DNA of 58,225 nucleotides, filler included, from Catajapyx aquilonaris (GCA_000934665.2; 3 parts of 3 records of this genome joined end to end with filler, not necessarily neighbours in it); one strand, 5' to 3'. Shown: positions 1 through 11,450, counted from the whole stretch's first letter. Numbers and translations: made by a program. Notes: a model not told the origin generated them from the letters alone.

Positions 1-1143
1 CGGCTTTGTGCAGCGGTCCCACTGAATTTCACCTGACCACGTCGGAAGGGGTTGTTGCTCATCTTGTTTCTGGCATCTGCGCCAAAGTGCTTGAATGTCA
101 TAATGGCTCTGTTTGCGTCATTATATGTCATCCATTTCTTCCCCTCACAAAAGTATTCCATGAAAACTACAAGCTCATACTGAACAACCCCTTCCAACAA
201 GTCGTGAGCAATGCAGGGAGGCAAGCCATTAATGACATGGAAGTGCTGAAGTTTATTGAATTGGCTTGACTTCTGAATGGGTTTACGGTTTCAAAGGATC
301 TTGGTATAGTATGATTTGTAAAGCAGTTGGGTTGGCTGCGAAAAATGCGTTACCCTTGTAGCAGGATCCGTCATGTATGTCTAGCAAACTACCTATCTCA
401 AGTGCCCTACCAGTTTCTGCCCTCAAAGTTTCCATATCAATTACTTCCATTAAGGAAGTGAGACTCTTGTGAATTGGAATGTATGCATCTTGGCACTTTC
501 CTGTAGGGATCAAGTTAATGAAATGTGGTGCGACGAACTTCAAGTTGGACTTCAAAAACTTCTGTCTACTGTAGTCTGACCCAAATGGTCCTGATTCAGA
601 ATGCACGTTGGCAAAAATATTGCTGCTCTCTGCGTCTTTCATAATGCTGTCACGGGCATCTGATGAAAATTTGTGCTTAGACATAGCCGCCCTCATTCTT
701 ATTTGTAAATGTCCTTCTGAGATCCTTAAAAGGATACTCACATTATCATAAATGTGTTGTACTGTTTTAGCTGGCACATGTTTCTCAATTTGCAGTCCCA
801 AATAAAATCTGCCAACAGCCCTTTCAAAACAATCTAAGACAAGCCCCTCATTTTGAAGATGCACTGCTTGAAGTGTGGGCAGAAGTACTAGTGGAAGGAA
901 CCACAATGTCACACTCAACACTATCGACATACTCAGCAGGTTCAGCTTGACGACTGACTTCAGGTTCATGCACTTGATGACCAATTACGTAGTCTGATTA
1001 TACATTTAAAGCACTTCCATGCCTGTGGCACCATGTGACTTAAAAGACCCTTTGTTGGAATAGCGCTTGTCACAGCCTTTAAAAGGGCATGGCACGTCAG
1101 TGGTGTGGTTGTGAAGATGATGTTGCAAATGGCACAACAACTG
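1..1143 (-). mobile_element. Decayed CMC/EnSpm-like DNA transposase with N-terminal C2H2 zinc finger, internally deleted
   Basis: Minus-strand translation gives CPFKGCDKRYSNKGSFKSH (about 1035-1095). ORF 283-984 ends LQIILYQD and, after a frameshift, FETVNP. It then jumps directly to SQFNKLQHFHVINGLPPCIAHDLLEGVVQYEL (1-270). These motifs are typical of animal EnSpm-type transposases. Confidence 0.8.
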
Positions 1144-1145
1144 AC

Positions 1146-1680
1146 TTAGGTTATCGCACGTTTTCTCGCATGTGACAACGTGCAGCGCATGGCAACATCT
1201 TCACTGACAATATCTTTTTGCAATTTTACCTCGGTTGAGATCCGTTGCCGGTCTTGTGGCTGCTGGTGCTGGACATCAGCATCTGATTGTCGAAATCCCT
1301 GCAGATGAGATTTGGCTAGCTCATCCAGTTGACATAACTCTGCTGCATTTTGGAGAGTTAGGTCCTCCGTTCTTAGTAGACGTGCACGAAGAGCATCATC
1401 TTGTACGCCGCGTACTATCTGGTCTCGGATCATCCTATCTGTTTCTGTGCCATACTCGCATGCACTTGCCATTTCTCTAAGTTCAGTCACATACGCTGCC
1501 ATAGTCTGCCCTGGCCGTTGGCTACGGCCCAGGAATCTATGGCTCTCATATGTGACGTTTTTCTTTGGTATGAAGTATGCGTCAAATGGAGAGATTACAT
1601 CTAACTTACGATTTTCCTCTGTCATGGTGAAGGTCATAGCGTTGTATATCCTCCTGAGACCTGAGAGAGATTTCATGATA
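1146..1680 (-). mobile_element. Ty3/Gypsy LTR retrotransposon gag fragment
   Basis: FDAYFIPKKNVTYESHRF..RSQRPGQTMAAYVTELREMASACEYG..DRMIRDQIVRGVQDDALRARLL..LTL is a typical Gypsy (Mag-like) gag capsid region. It is truncated on both sides. Confidence 0.85.
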
Positions 1681-1984
1681 AAACGAATGATATATGTGGT
1701 TTTCCTGGAGCTAAGGAGAAGGGGACAAAAATCTGCAAAAAAAAACGGACCATAGGAACAGCTGTAGGGCATGTCGACATATGTCAACAACAGGACTTAA
1801 AGCAGTATTTACTTATTTATTGAGAAGGAAATTTGACAAAACACTTTTTTTTCTCATTTAATCACTGTACTTATACTACATACATACTTACTTAAGAACA
1901 CGTATTACTTTATTGAGAATGGAATTTGGCAAAACCATTCCATTTACTTTTACTTACATTTACTTGAGCAAATTTACTTCTTTA

Positions 1985-2590
1985 TGTAGAATGGAATTTG
2001 GTAAAGCAATTCTTGTTCCCATTCAAGCACAAGAACTTGTAAGCTTGCATTATGAGGGCTTCTTTGTCCTTGTAAAAGGTGCAACGCAGTGGCCTCACTT
2101 GACCCTGGCGGTGGGCTCCCAACCGATGACATCGCTCCACTGGCAGGTTATAGCCTCGATCCAATACACGGTACCGCTTCAGGGTGTCCAGGACCTTCCT
2201 CTCGCAAGCTGCCTAATCTTCGTTCTCGTCCGGTGTTAGGCCGAATATCACAACATTATTCCTCCTGCCCCTATATCCTCCATGTCGGTCAATTGGGTCT
2301 CCAACTGTTCCACTTTCTTCCTTACCATTTTCAGCTCTTCCGTCATGGCAGCCATTTCCGACTGGACTTCCAATTTATGCACCGACAGCGCCGACGAAAA
2401 CACCTGGGTGATGTCTTCTCGCAATCGTACCGCCATCCGTTCCTCGACTTGCTGGAACAGCTTCTCTATCTCGGCTAGGGTGACCCCCATCTTATACAAA
2501 CGCTTTTGACCGACCGGTCAAAAAGGGTGGAGAAAGTATTTCCACTCAACTCGCGGAGCTCGTTTTCAGACGTGTACTCCGTTCAAACAC
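1985..2590 (-). mobile_element. LINE 5' end: 5'UTR and L1-type ORF1p (coiled coil + RRM), frameshifted
   Basis: Coiled-coil ORF 2248-2499 ends LETQLTDMED. After a 2-nt insertion it reads DRGRRNNVVIFGL..LPVERCHRLG..VRP..FYKDKE, which are the RRNN/ERxHR/RP motifs of L1-type ORF1p. Confidence 0.8.
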
Positions 2591-3084
2591 CTCAGGGGGA
2601 GTGTTTCTCGAGGATATTTACTCTTTTCTGTAGTCGGAGTGCCTCTTTTTTACATACTTAGAGTCTACGAGTTCAGTCCTGCGAGATGAGTTCAACCTGA
2701 TCCTGTTGGCCTCGCGCCACCGTGGGTGTCCTATTGGACACACCTGATCCATGTGTGCCATGGTGCTTTCTGTCCTCAGTCCACATGCAGAGTCTGAAGT
2801 AAACCACTTTGATAGTGTAACAGCTGCTTCTATTGTGCTCGAGTATGGTAAAAGGAGAGAGAGGATAAAACGTGTGATGGGTTGGGCGGGCTGTCAAGGA
2901 GTGAAGTGATAACCCAAGGTCGGGAGAGGGGGTGGCATTACACTTAGGTACTCCATCTAGGAGTACATTACACAACAATGAGTATGACAAATGTTGGCTT
3001 GATTGAATTTACAGTTTAATTGAAATCTCAGACCGGTATTTAGACAAGCAGGTTAGTTAGAAAAACTGCGTTTAGATAACTATC

Positions 3085-3128
3085 GCAGTCGACCCGAGTT
3101 TCGGGGCATTGCCCCTCATCAGGACTGC
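3085..3128 (-). ncRNA. Minimal type I hammerhead ribozyme (Penelope/retrozyme type)
   Basis: Minus strand reads GCAGUC-CUGAUGA-GGGGC AAU GCCCC-GAAA-CUCGG-GUC/GACUGC. It has a 6-bp stem I, an intact core, a 5-bp stem II and a short self-complementary stem III (ACUCGGGU). Predicted cleavage is between 3091 and 3090. Confidence 0.85.
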
Positions 3129-3243
3129 TATGAAAGTATGTCTTCCCGGTCTGAATCTTACATTCTTGAATGAGGTGATCAATTTTTTTATCTCTCTATA
3201 AGAAAAATCGTGCATACAAAAAAGAAGGCTAATAATGGGATAA

Positions 3244-3800
3244 TTAGAACACACATATGAAGTCCAGGGAAGATGGAAGGTGGTGTATGTTGTCAGGCAC
3301 GGCTGTTACCGACGTTCTCTTGGATTGTCTGAGGCCGTTTTGCCGAAGTGACTTGGTCAAATTTGTGTACTTATCATACAGTTTGCCCTTTGGCAGGCAC
3401 TTCACACCATTAGTTGACTTTGAAGCTACGTAATAGGTAGTCTGGAAAGGTACAGTTGAAAAGTGAGCTAAAAACATGACAAATTACTATGGGAAAATTA
3501 GAGTAGCATATGATACTAACCTGAAATTCACCAGGCAGGGCTTCGGAAATCCACTGTGCCAGTTCCACAAGTCGAGCTTGCTAATTGATCCTATATAAAG
3601 CAGATGCATCTATTAGCATGAAGCTGCCTCAAGATGAATTTTACAAGCAAATGACACTCTGTGTCAACATTTGACCCAAATTCTGACACAATGACAATCT
3701 CCACCAAATTTGTCCTGCTCGCGGAGTTGAGGCCCAGTTTTTTGTGTCGAGCAATTATAGCCTTTCCTTCCACATGGCTTTCCAGGATTTCTGTCACCAG
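3244..3800 (-). mobile_element. Fragment of the accessory (non-transposase) gene of an EnSpm/CMC-type element
   Basis: ILESHVEGKAIIARH..LNSASRTNLVEIVI and TTYYVASK..PKGKLYDKYTNL resemble accessory ORFs of arthropod EnSpm-like elements. Intron-like AT-rich gaps lie between the pieces. Confidence 0.5.
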
Positions 3801-4053
3801 CTATGCAAACAAACAAATTGACATGGTACAATGAAATTCACACTTTGTGGTTTGTGCTGTACTACAGCACCACATAATGTGACATTGTGAACTGCTTATC
3901 ATACATTGCTCCTTCTTGTTTTTTTCTTGCGAGGTGTCTCATCAGGTCTCAGCAGTTGTGCAAGTACAGGGCTATTCAAAATTAATGCCGGGGTTATTTC
4001 TAAATTGTTTCATTTGTAATAAAATTATGGTATGGTATAATAGTGACTGTTCT

Positions 4054-4421
4054 TCATTCCTGTTCATCTCTTGCTCGCTTAAATCCAGTGTACACGTTGT
4101 CCAGCTCTGGGTAGTGTTCCCTCACTGTTCTCACGACACAGGCTGGTATTACCCGTGTGATGGGACGGCCAAGACGACCATGCATCATGACTGTAAACTG
4201 TCTGTATGCGGAATGCCTGTACCCACTGAGGAAGGAAATTTCACAAATGAGTTCATTTCCCACCAGGAATTGTTAATTGCATGCCTAATTAGTGTATTAC
4301 CGCTTTTCAAACGTCTTTTGTAAATTGGTTTGTCCAGTCTCCCCCTGAGCGCACAGCAAGGTTTGCTGAAGCACGCGTTGGTTGAGACAGAGTAACTGGA
4401 AATCTTCATCACTGTCCACAC
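4054..4421 (-). mobile_element. P2X7 C-terminal 'ballast'/Nanor-like domain fragment (Kolobok KolX-type accessory gene)
   Basis: YRHSAYRQFTVMMHGRLGRPITRVIPACVVRTVREHYPELDNVYTGFK matches the YR.AYRQF..W.HG.LG..R..IP.C.V..IR..YP....Y.GF signature. Confidence 0.75.
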
Positions 4422-4553
4422 ACGACGCTAGTGATAAAGAAAACCTCGTAAGTAATGCACCCAAAATTTAATTCAGAAATGTGTGTTTGGATACACACTT
4501 TCACCTTGCATCCATCTCTAGTTAACACTACACCTCCCCCTGTTGGAGCAAAA

Positions 4554-4920
4554 TCAATCCTTATTCAGAAGGGCGTACAAGGGCTTCATCGTTGACGCCA
4601 AGTGCGGCACAAACTTCGCCACGAAGTTGACCGTGCCTATAAACCTCTTCAGCTGTTGTACATCTGCAGGAGCTGGCATGTCAATGATGGCTCGCGTCCT
4701 AGCTGCATCCGGGTGTACCCCATCCGCGTCCACAGTGTGTCCCAGGAAGGACACGGAGGGTACGGCGAAGAGGCATTTGGCAGGATTTAACGTCATCCCT
4801 GATTTCTGCAGACAAGTCATTACTTTGCGCAGTCGTTCGTCATGTTCTTCTCGGCTTCCACCCCAGACCAAGATGTCATCAACCATGCACACTACCCCCT
4901 CAATGCCTGATAATCCCAGA
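4554..4920 (-). mobile_element. Ty3/Gypsy reverse transcriptase fragment
   Basis: LSGIEGVVCMVDDILVWG..EHDERLRKV..GMTLNPAKCLF..VSFLGH..LKRFIGTVNFVAKFVP covers the catalytic DD motif and thumb region. Confidence 0.92.
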
Positions 4921-5841
4921 GACCCGTCTGGCATCTTTATGCATAGGAACATGTACATTATACTTATGTGCCTGCTATATTTACACATTTCATTTTCATT
5001 AGCAGCTCTCAAACACACTGAATGCCAGCCAGCCAGCCAAGAACTATGTAATTGCTTCCTTTGTTGGGGAGCATGCAGTGGAGGTCATCCCATGTGACTG
5101 GGTCGTACACGGTGGAAAATCTGCAAAATGGCCTGTCGCATGCTCGACAGCCCAAGTAGTCAGATTCATTCAGGCATGCATCAAGCCGGAAGAAGATTGT
5201 CAAGAAATTGCCATTCGCATTCATGCGGGGTCGAGTTCGTCAAAGAAATAATTAATAAGGCCTAATATTAGTGGTGTTACTTCAATCACATGACCTATTA
5301 TGCATGGGATATGAACATCTGACAACTTGCACACAGTCAGCTCTCTACTACATTTCCCTATATTGTTATGGAAAGCAATGTTGAAGGGCATGACTCGTAA
5401 TAGGTCAGCACAATAATACAATACGATTGTGCAATACCTGTACGACACGTACCACATGCGCCCGCAGGTGCTAAGCAGATCCGAGAAGTCCGGGCACGCA
5501 GGTCCAGAGAACTATGGCATCGAAACTATAGGGACGAGGACAGGTGAAATGTAATATTTAAGGAGGGCCGCCTGGCATAGATTTGAGCCCTCCAACCTTA
5601 TCAGGGTTCAAAACCATCGAAAAGACACCCCGTGCTCACCATATGGGTTCAAGCGCACCTAATGCTGCCGCAATGCAAGCGGTGGTCCCAGAATGTAAAT
5701 GAATCCAAATATGTCTTACAAATAAATAGTCCAAGAAGTGGAAAAATAACTAAGACCCTCGGCCCTGAAGGGGACCGGGGGCCAAAGTAAAATGCCAGAA
5801 AAAGAAAGACAAAAAGAAAGGAATACACACTAAAACAGCGA

Positions 5842-6120
5842 AGAACGAGGCAGGTGAACGGCCATTGCCCGGGTCGGATACAGCGGGCCAACGTCGGCCG
5901 TTACATAGCCGGTGAATGTGACTTCGGCCCGATTTTGGGGACAGGTCGAGCCGACGAAGTGTGCTACCTGGGTACTTGTGCTGCAATATGTGCCTCTCTC
6001 TGGTGGCCCTCTTGTGATTATTTACCAGCTCCCTGTTCTTCAGTTTCACCCACCAATTAGTACTCAATATAAACATGCTGTCAATCACCTTTTCCTTGTT
6101 TTCAATTGAATGGATAACAC
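5842..6120. repeat. About 280-bp segment duplicated at 8594-8897
   Basis: Near-identical direct copy. The second copy carries an extra ~24 nt after GCCAACGTCGGC. Confidence 0.9.
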
Positions 6121-6661
6121 ACTCCAACTACTTTGCCTGGAGAAGTTTCCGTTACTAGTGGACACATTTGGCCAAGCATTGACAACGTCCTTGCTCAAAA
6201 AAGCAAATTCTGCTTTAGTATGAAACCCATCCCTTACTGCAAAAAGTGGCAACCCATGATCAGATCGATACAGTTCCAATAGACGTGGCCACAGAGCGGT
6301 GAGGTGCAAGAACATTTCCGAAATACGTGGTGGAGTGAGATTTTGATTCTCGCAAAGCTGATATACTTCTCTGAGTTCATCATCCCTCGCATCCATAAGG
6401 ATGCTCCACCTACGTGAAACCTGGGGTATGTTTGCTAAAATTCCTAGAAATTTCTTACTAGTAAGTGCAATGGTCACCCTGTCTAGCAAAAATAGCCCAC
6501 TTGCCTGCACGGGAGTCGGCATGGGATTCGGTACAGTTGTAGGAGCCGTCAGAAGGCCTGAATCAAGGCATTGTGCCGTAGATGTACAGCCCCCTTAGGT
6601 GAGGCTGGCAGAGTAACAACCCTTTGAGGTAAAGGTTCAAAATGCATAGCATTACCCTGTG

Positions 6662-7919
6662 TGTAACACTGTTCCCCAACTCATGGTTGGTTTAGTTTAG
6701 TTAGAGGTTAGGTTATATGCCATTAAGACCGACACACCACTGGCTACACGAGCCACACTGTCACCTCCTCTTTAATCCTAGGAGGCTGCTTTATCTGCAA
6801 GCACGGTTGGTTAGGTTAGGTTAGATATAGATTCCAGCCGGTTGTCCACCACCACCGGGCTCTCTCCCAAAGGCCCAGAAAGCTTAGGGCGGTCGCCCAC
6901 GGGCTCGGTTCCCAACCGGCCTCACAGGCCCCGGACCGGCCCCTCAACCGGCCCGGGTAGAAACTAAAAAGGGTGGTTTTTGGACCGAGCAAGTCGGTTG
7001 ACTACTGCACCCAGCTACCAGCAGAAGCCCATCCAACAGGGCGTTCGCTCGGGGGTGGGTTGGTTTCTGAATATATGTTGTATAGGCCTTCTCCACAGTG
7101 TGACGCCAGGTTTAGAAGTAGTTATAGGTAAAGTTAAAGGTGACCAAAGAGTGTGGTGTTGTTGGTGCACCTGCCACGATTCGGGCTTCCGCTAACCTTG
7201 GGCTGGTTAGTGAGAGGGAAGCTCTTATTAGACTGTTGTTCAGGTTACCTCTTCTTGCCAAGACTGTTAGGTTCGGATATTAGTGCGACGCAGTTGCCTG
7301 CTGGCCCTAATATCATCTGCCTAGTCAGTGTATGTATGGGCGACGCAGATGCCTGCTGGCCCATCCATGACACGTGACTGGTCAGTCTTGACTGGTCGGT
7401 GTATATCTGGGCGACGCAGATACCTGCTGGCCCTGATATGACACCTGTCCCTAATTACTGAGTAGTCCTGAAAGGTAGGAGTAAATAATACAACAATGGT
7501 CTGTGTATTGATCGGGTCCTGAGCTCTGCTAAGCTGGTCAGCGCCTTTCTGAGGTGTTGCCTCATCAGAGGCTGGCGACTGACTCCGCCTTCTCTGGAGG
7601 TGTTACCTCCTCAGAAGCTGGCAAGTGACTGACTCCGCAGGCTCAGTGCACCTCCTTTTATAGTCAAGTTTTGTTGACAAAAGCATGACAACAGAAATAT
7701 ACAAAACCATGGAACATCAACAACAACTAAGAAACAAATGAACAAGACATGACAACAACAATAACAAATGAACAGCATATAACAAGAACAAACAACATGA
7801 ACGAAACAATTGAATAACACATAACAAGAACGATCAACAAGAATAAAACAATTGAATGACATTGAACGAGAACAACAAACATGAATCAAACAATTGAATA
7901 ACATATCCTGGGCATTACA
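6662..7919 (-). mobile_element. Possible solo LTR-like element
   Basis: TGTAAC...TTACA ends, minus-strand TATAAAAG at 7655-7662 and internal short repeats. I found no TSD, PBS or PPT. Confidence 0.35.
7690..7905. repeat. Degenerate ~42-bp A/C-rich minisatellite
   Basis: AACAATTGAA recurs at 42-nt spacing, with related AACAAATGAA units upstream. Confidence 0.7.
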
Positions 7920-8138
7920 ACAGTTTTACTGATTTTTACGATGGAGGAAGGGTGTCACTTTCTCCCCAGTTTGATACTTATACGGAAGAGGAAAGATTGA
8001 TTGGCTTCCTCCCCAGTTTGATGCTTGTACGGGGGAGGAAGGGAAAAAGGAAGACCTTGAACAACTACAGTACCTTTTGTCTGAATATATGAACAACTAA
8101 AATACCCTTTTGCGACGCATTTTTATGAATTCTCCGGT

Positions 8139-8178
8139 TCCCGACCGGTTTCGCTTTGTGAGAAAAGCTCGTCAGGGA
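8139..8178 (-). ncRNA. Minimal type I hammerhead ribozyme motif with degenerate stem I
   Basis: Minus strand reads UCC-CUGACGA-GCUUU UCUCAC AAAGC-GAAA-CCG-GUC/GGGA. The core is intact, stem II is 5 bp and stem III is the palindrome ACCGGU. Stem I has only about 3 bp. Confidence 0.7.
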
Positions 8179-8364
8179 GTATAGGGTGCACATATGTGGG
8201 CTAATTTATACCTCTAATAACTAATTACTCATTTTTTCACAACATACCTGGTGAGGCCGACCAACTTACAGCTCTCACCTGGGGGTTTTCCTCAGGACCC
8301 CACCCCCCAGGTAATAAGGCTAATGCCGTGCAAAAAGAATACAGCTGGGTCAGATTTTAAAGTA

Positions 8365-8500
8365 CAGTGAAACCTGTCAAGTTGGCCACCTCCCTGTGTT
8401 GGACATTATTTTTGGAACATTGGAAAAGCCTTTCCCTTACATTGACTTACAATGTTGCTAAGTGGGACACCTGCTAGAGTCCTGAGTTTCAGGCAAATGG
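8365..8500. mobile_element. Tigger/pogo-like MITE terminus (one end only)
   Basis: TA followed by CAGTGAAACCTGTC, a typical TcMar-Tigger TIR start. I saw no matching second end. Confidence 0.45.
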
Positions 8501-8899
8501 CCATTTAGTGGAGTGGGGGAGCGCGGGAGTCCGGTGATGCGCGCGCATATAGTCGGCGGGATCTTGGCCAGACATCGGGCCCAATCGCGCCGATGAACGA
8601 GGCAGGTGAACGGGCATGGCCCGGGTCGGATACAGCGGGCCAACGTCGGCGCTAGACCGGCTACGTCGCGTCGGCCGTTACATAGCCGGTGAATGGGACT
8701 TCGGCCCGATTTTGGGGACAGGTCGGGCCGACGAAGTGTGCTACCTGGGTACTTGTGCTGCAATATGCGCCTCTTTCTGGTGGCCCTCTTGTGATAATTT
8801 ACCAGCTCCCTGTTCTTCAGTTTCACCCACCAATTAGTACTCAATATAAACATGCTGTCAATCACCTTTTCCTTGTTTTCAATTGAATGGATAACACAG

Positions 8900-9520
8900 C
8901 CTTATTCCTCCAACCACCTGAAATCAAGACTCTCTAACACGGCAGTGGTAATGGCTGTCTTCACACCATCAATGTGACCTTTGACATCTAAAAATTTATG
9001 CACCTGAAGTACACCAGCATGGATTGTCTCAACCAACGGAACACTGGGATAAGTAAGGCAGTCTCTGCTGTCCTTGTAGGCCCTACTCTAGGCATGAAAT
9101 TTCTAGATGGCAAAGGTAATCTCTAGTGGCACGAGTGAGGGTAGATCGGCAGCCATCACAGCTGCTGTTTTGGAGCAGTCTCCGAGAAATGAACCCACTT
9201 ACATAGCCCGTTGACAGCATTTCAGATGAGTCCTGTCCCAGCTCCCCAATTTTGGCATTTGTAGCATCATCAGTAAGAACATCATCAACAGAGATGCTGG
9301 CAAGTGGTGTGTCAACTGGTTCATTCCATTAATCTTCCGTACCAACATCTGAGAGAAGTGTTTGGAGATTACACAGAAGTGTGTAACCATCAGCCAGGCA
9401 ATTGGTAACCATCAGCCAGGCAATTGGTAGCATGCAGGTCGCGGCTAACCAAGCCATTGATGATACAGGTCTTCAGCGCATCCCCAAACTGACCCACTGT
9501 GGGATTATACTGTACTGCAT
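8900..9520 (-). mobile_element. P-element/THAP9-like transposase C-terminal fragment
   Basis: Minus-strand frames read YNPTVGQFGDALKT..TNCLADGYTLLCNL..GYVSGFISRRLLQNSSCDGCRSTL..LTYPS. There is a 22-nt tandem duplication near 9385-9430. Confidence 0.75.
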
Positions 9521-10434
9521 AATATCAACATACATGGGTCATTCTAAATTTACTCCCAGATCACTTGTGGAAGTAATTTTCCTTTGTCACAATTATTGCA
9601 TTTGTGGATGTGGTTTAAACTGAAACAAATAGCTGAAAGCATAGATAAATATATACATACAAACAAAAAGACCTTTGAGAACACATGTTGGTGTTCAAAA
9701 AGACCTCTGTTACTGGTAGATGGTAAGAGGTTACAGTCAGTACCATATGTAATATATATATTGAAGGCAGGATTGTTTTGATTAAACTGTCAGTCAAATT
9801 ACCTGATAGTGGTACCAAATCTATATTGTGAGATAATTATGGAATTTTTCCAAAATCTCAACATAAAGGCTAATCTTTGGTAACATAAGTTACGGGATAC
9901 AAGACACTCATCTGCAAAATAGTGTAAATCATTCCACTGTACTTAATGTTCACATCAAAATGGTTACTGTAATTGTTTGTCGCCTCCTAAACTTCCCTTC
10001 TGTTCAGTACTGCCGTCAGCAGGTAGAGAACCGTAACTCAATATCCACTCCCCTTGCGAAGTTGGGCCAGTTTTGCATGCGGATGAAGTGTTATCAATAC
10101 GGCCAGCATAAAGTGTAGCAAATATCGAATATTTATTTATTTATCACATTGATTGTTTATCGCATGTCTGACATTTCTCTAATTGTAAGTATCACAGAGT
10201 ACAAATAGATTAATGGCAATAAATTCCTTCTGCATAACATACGGTATCTAAAACATTGGATTAGGCCAACTGAGTCTATGTGAGTTTGGTCAATCATTTT
10301 CATTATTCATTATTACACTAACGGCATAAACAAAATTGCACTAAACACTTGTCTCCTTCATCTGGCCGCGCCGGCTTCACCCACATCTGAATGCGAATTC
10401 AGTTCTTCCTAGCTCTTAATCGTCCACTGAAGAA

Positions 10435-10930
10435 TTAGCCCGGTCGGAGATGCTTTGTGCTGACGGCCAAGTTCTGCCAGAACTGAACACTGCGTGGCTC
10501 CATCAGTTTGCCCAGAGCCTTGACAATCCCGTCCCTCTTAGCCTCAGATACACCTCGCGGAATATGTCGCTTCTTGGCAGGTGTTGAAATGCCGGCTGCA
10601 GTTGTGGACAGAAAGTCCAGCTCCTCGAAATGATCTGTGTCAGCATGCTGGCTTCTTTTAATCATAAGAGTATAGGCCCCCCCCTCTTTGCTATCACACA
10701 CACAGTGTCACCCATGTATACACTCGAGGTTTCCGAGTTGCCAGCTTCTTTTTGAGAAGAATTGTCTGGCCAGTCGTAGAAGTCACCTACTTCCATCTTC
10801 TTTACTGTGACTTTGCCAGAATGGGCTTTACTGACAGCCTCCGAAAATTGCTCAAAGTCACATCTTTTTCATTGACAGCTCCACTTGATGGTGGAAGCTG
10901 TCAGCAGACATAAATGTATGTCCGGGCGGG
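10435..10930 (-). mobile_element. Sola-like DNA transposase C-terminal fragment
   Basis: PGHTFMSADSFHHQVE (10880-10927), then PRGVSEAKRDGIVKALGKLMEP..FWQNL. Confidence 0.6.
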
Positions 10931-11450
10931 TCAATGGGTCGTATGTGTGGCTTTTGGACCTTAAAGTACTATACAGTGTGTTGTCTGTAACTCGGTAATT
11001 TTTTCACGTGAATATTTCAATTTAATCAGAATTTGCATGAGAATCTTCTCACTCTGGTTAGTGTGTGTCTCATTGCAGAGAAGAAGCTGTACTTCCAACT
11101 CCGACTTCTCCAACTGCTCTGCCATTAAAAGACCTGGAATTGCTCTGATTTGCTTGTTCTTCTCCTCCATAGTCCACTTTCTAACAATCCTGTTGTTGGA
11201 CAAGTTCCTGTATGGAAAAATAAGGAATATGCACATAAGTTATTATTTATTTGAACTGGGGAACAATTGTCAAGGTTATATTAGTCAACAGCAACTGTGG
11301 TACTTGAACAACATTTGGCTGATATTAGCCCCATGTTGTTCAAGTCACTTGCTATGCATAGGTTTGTTCAGATACTAGGTTAAATGGAATCATGCCATTT
11401 TGATATATTGGTCAATTATTTCTTTTCACCCACTATAGGCTGACTGGGTG

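Noticed and set aside
3920..3950. CTGATGAG on the minus strand (similar partial motifs at about 23550 and 29263 on +)
   Set aside because: No correctly placed GAAA, stems or cleavage triplet.
1235..5097. Plus-strand ORFs in contig 1 (for example 1447-1755, 2089-2478, 4543-5097) as exceptions to the strand bias
   Set aside because: They are antisense shadows of the minus-strand TE coding pieces and carry no recognisable motifs.
6686..6825. TTAGG/TAACC runs as telomere (also at about 44800)
   Set aside because: Only two or three units embedded in interspersed repeats.
7285..7432. Three ~22-bp repeats with variable spacers resembling a CRISPR array
   Set aside because: Eukaryotic context, no cas genes, only three units, and uneven spacers that resemble each other.
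7540..7575. CTGATGA...GAAA on the minus strand as a third hammerhead
   Set aside because: Stem II does not close next to GAAA, and there is no stem III or NUH site. It is a simple hairpin repeat.
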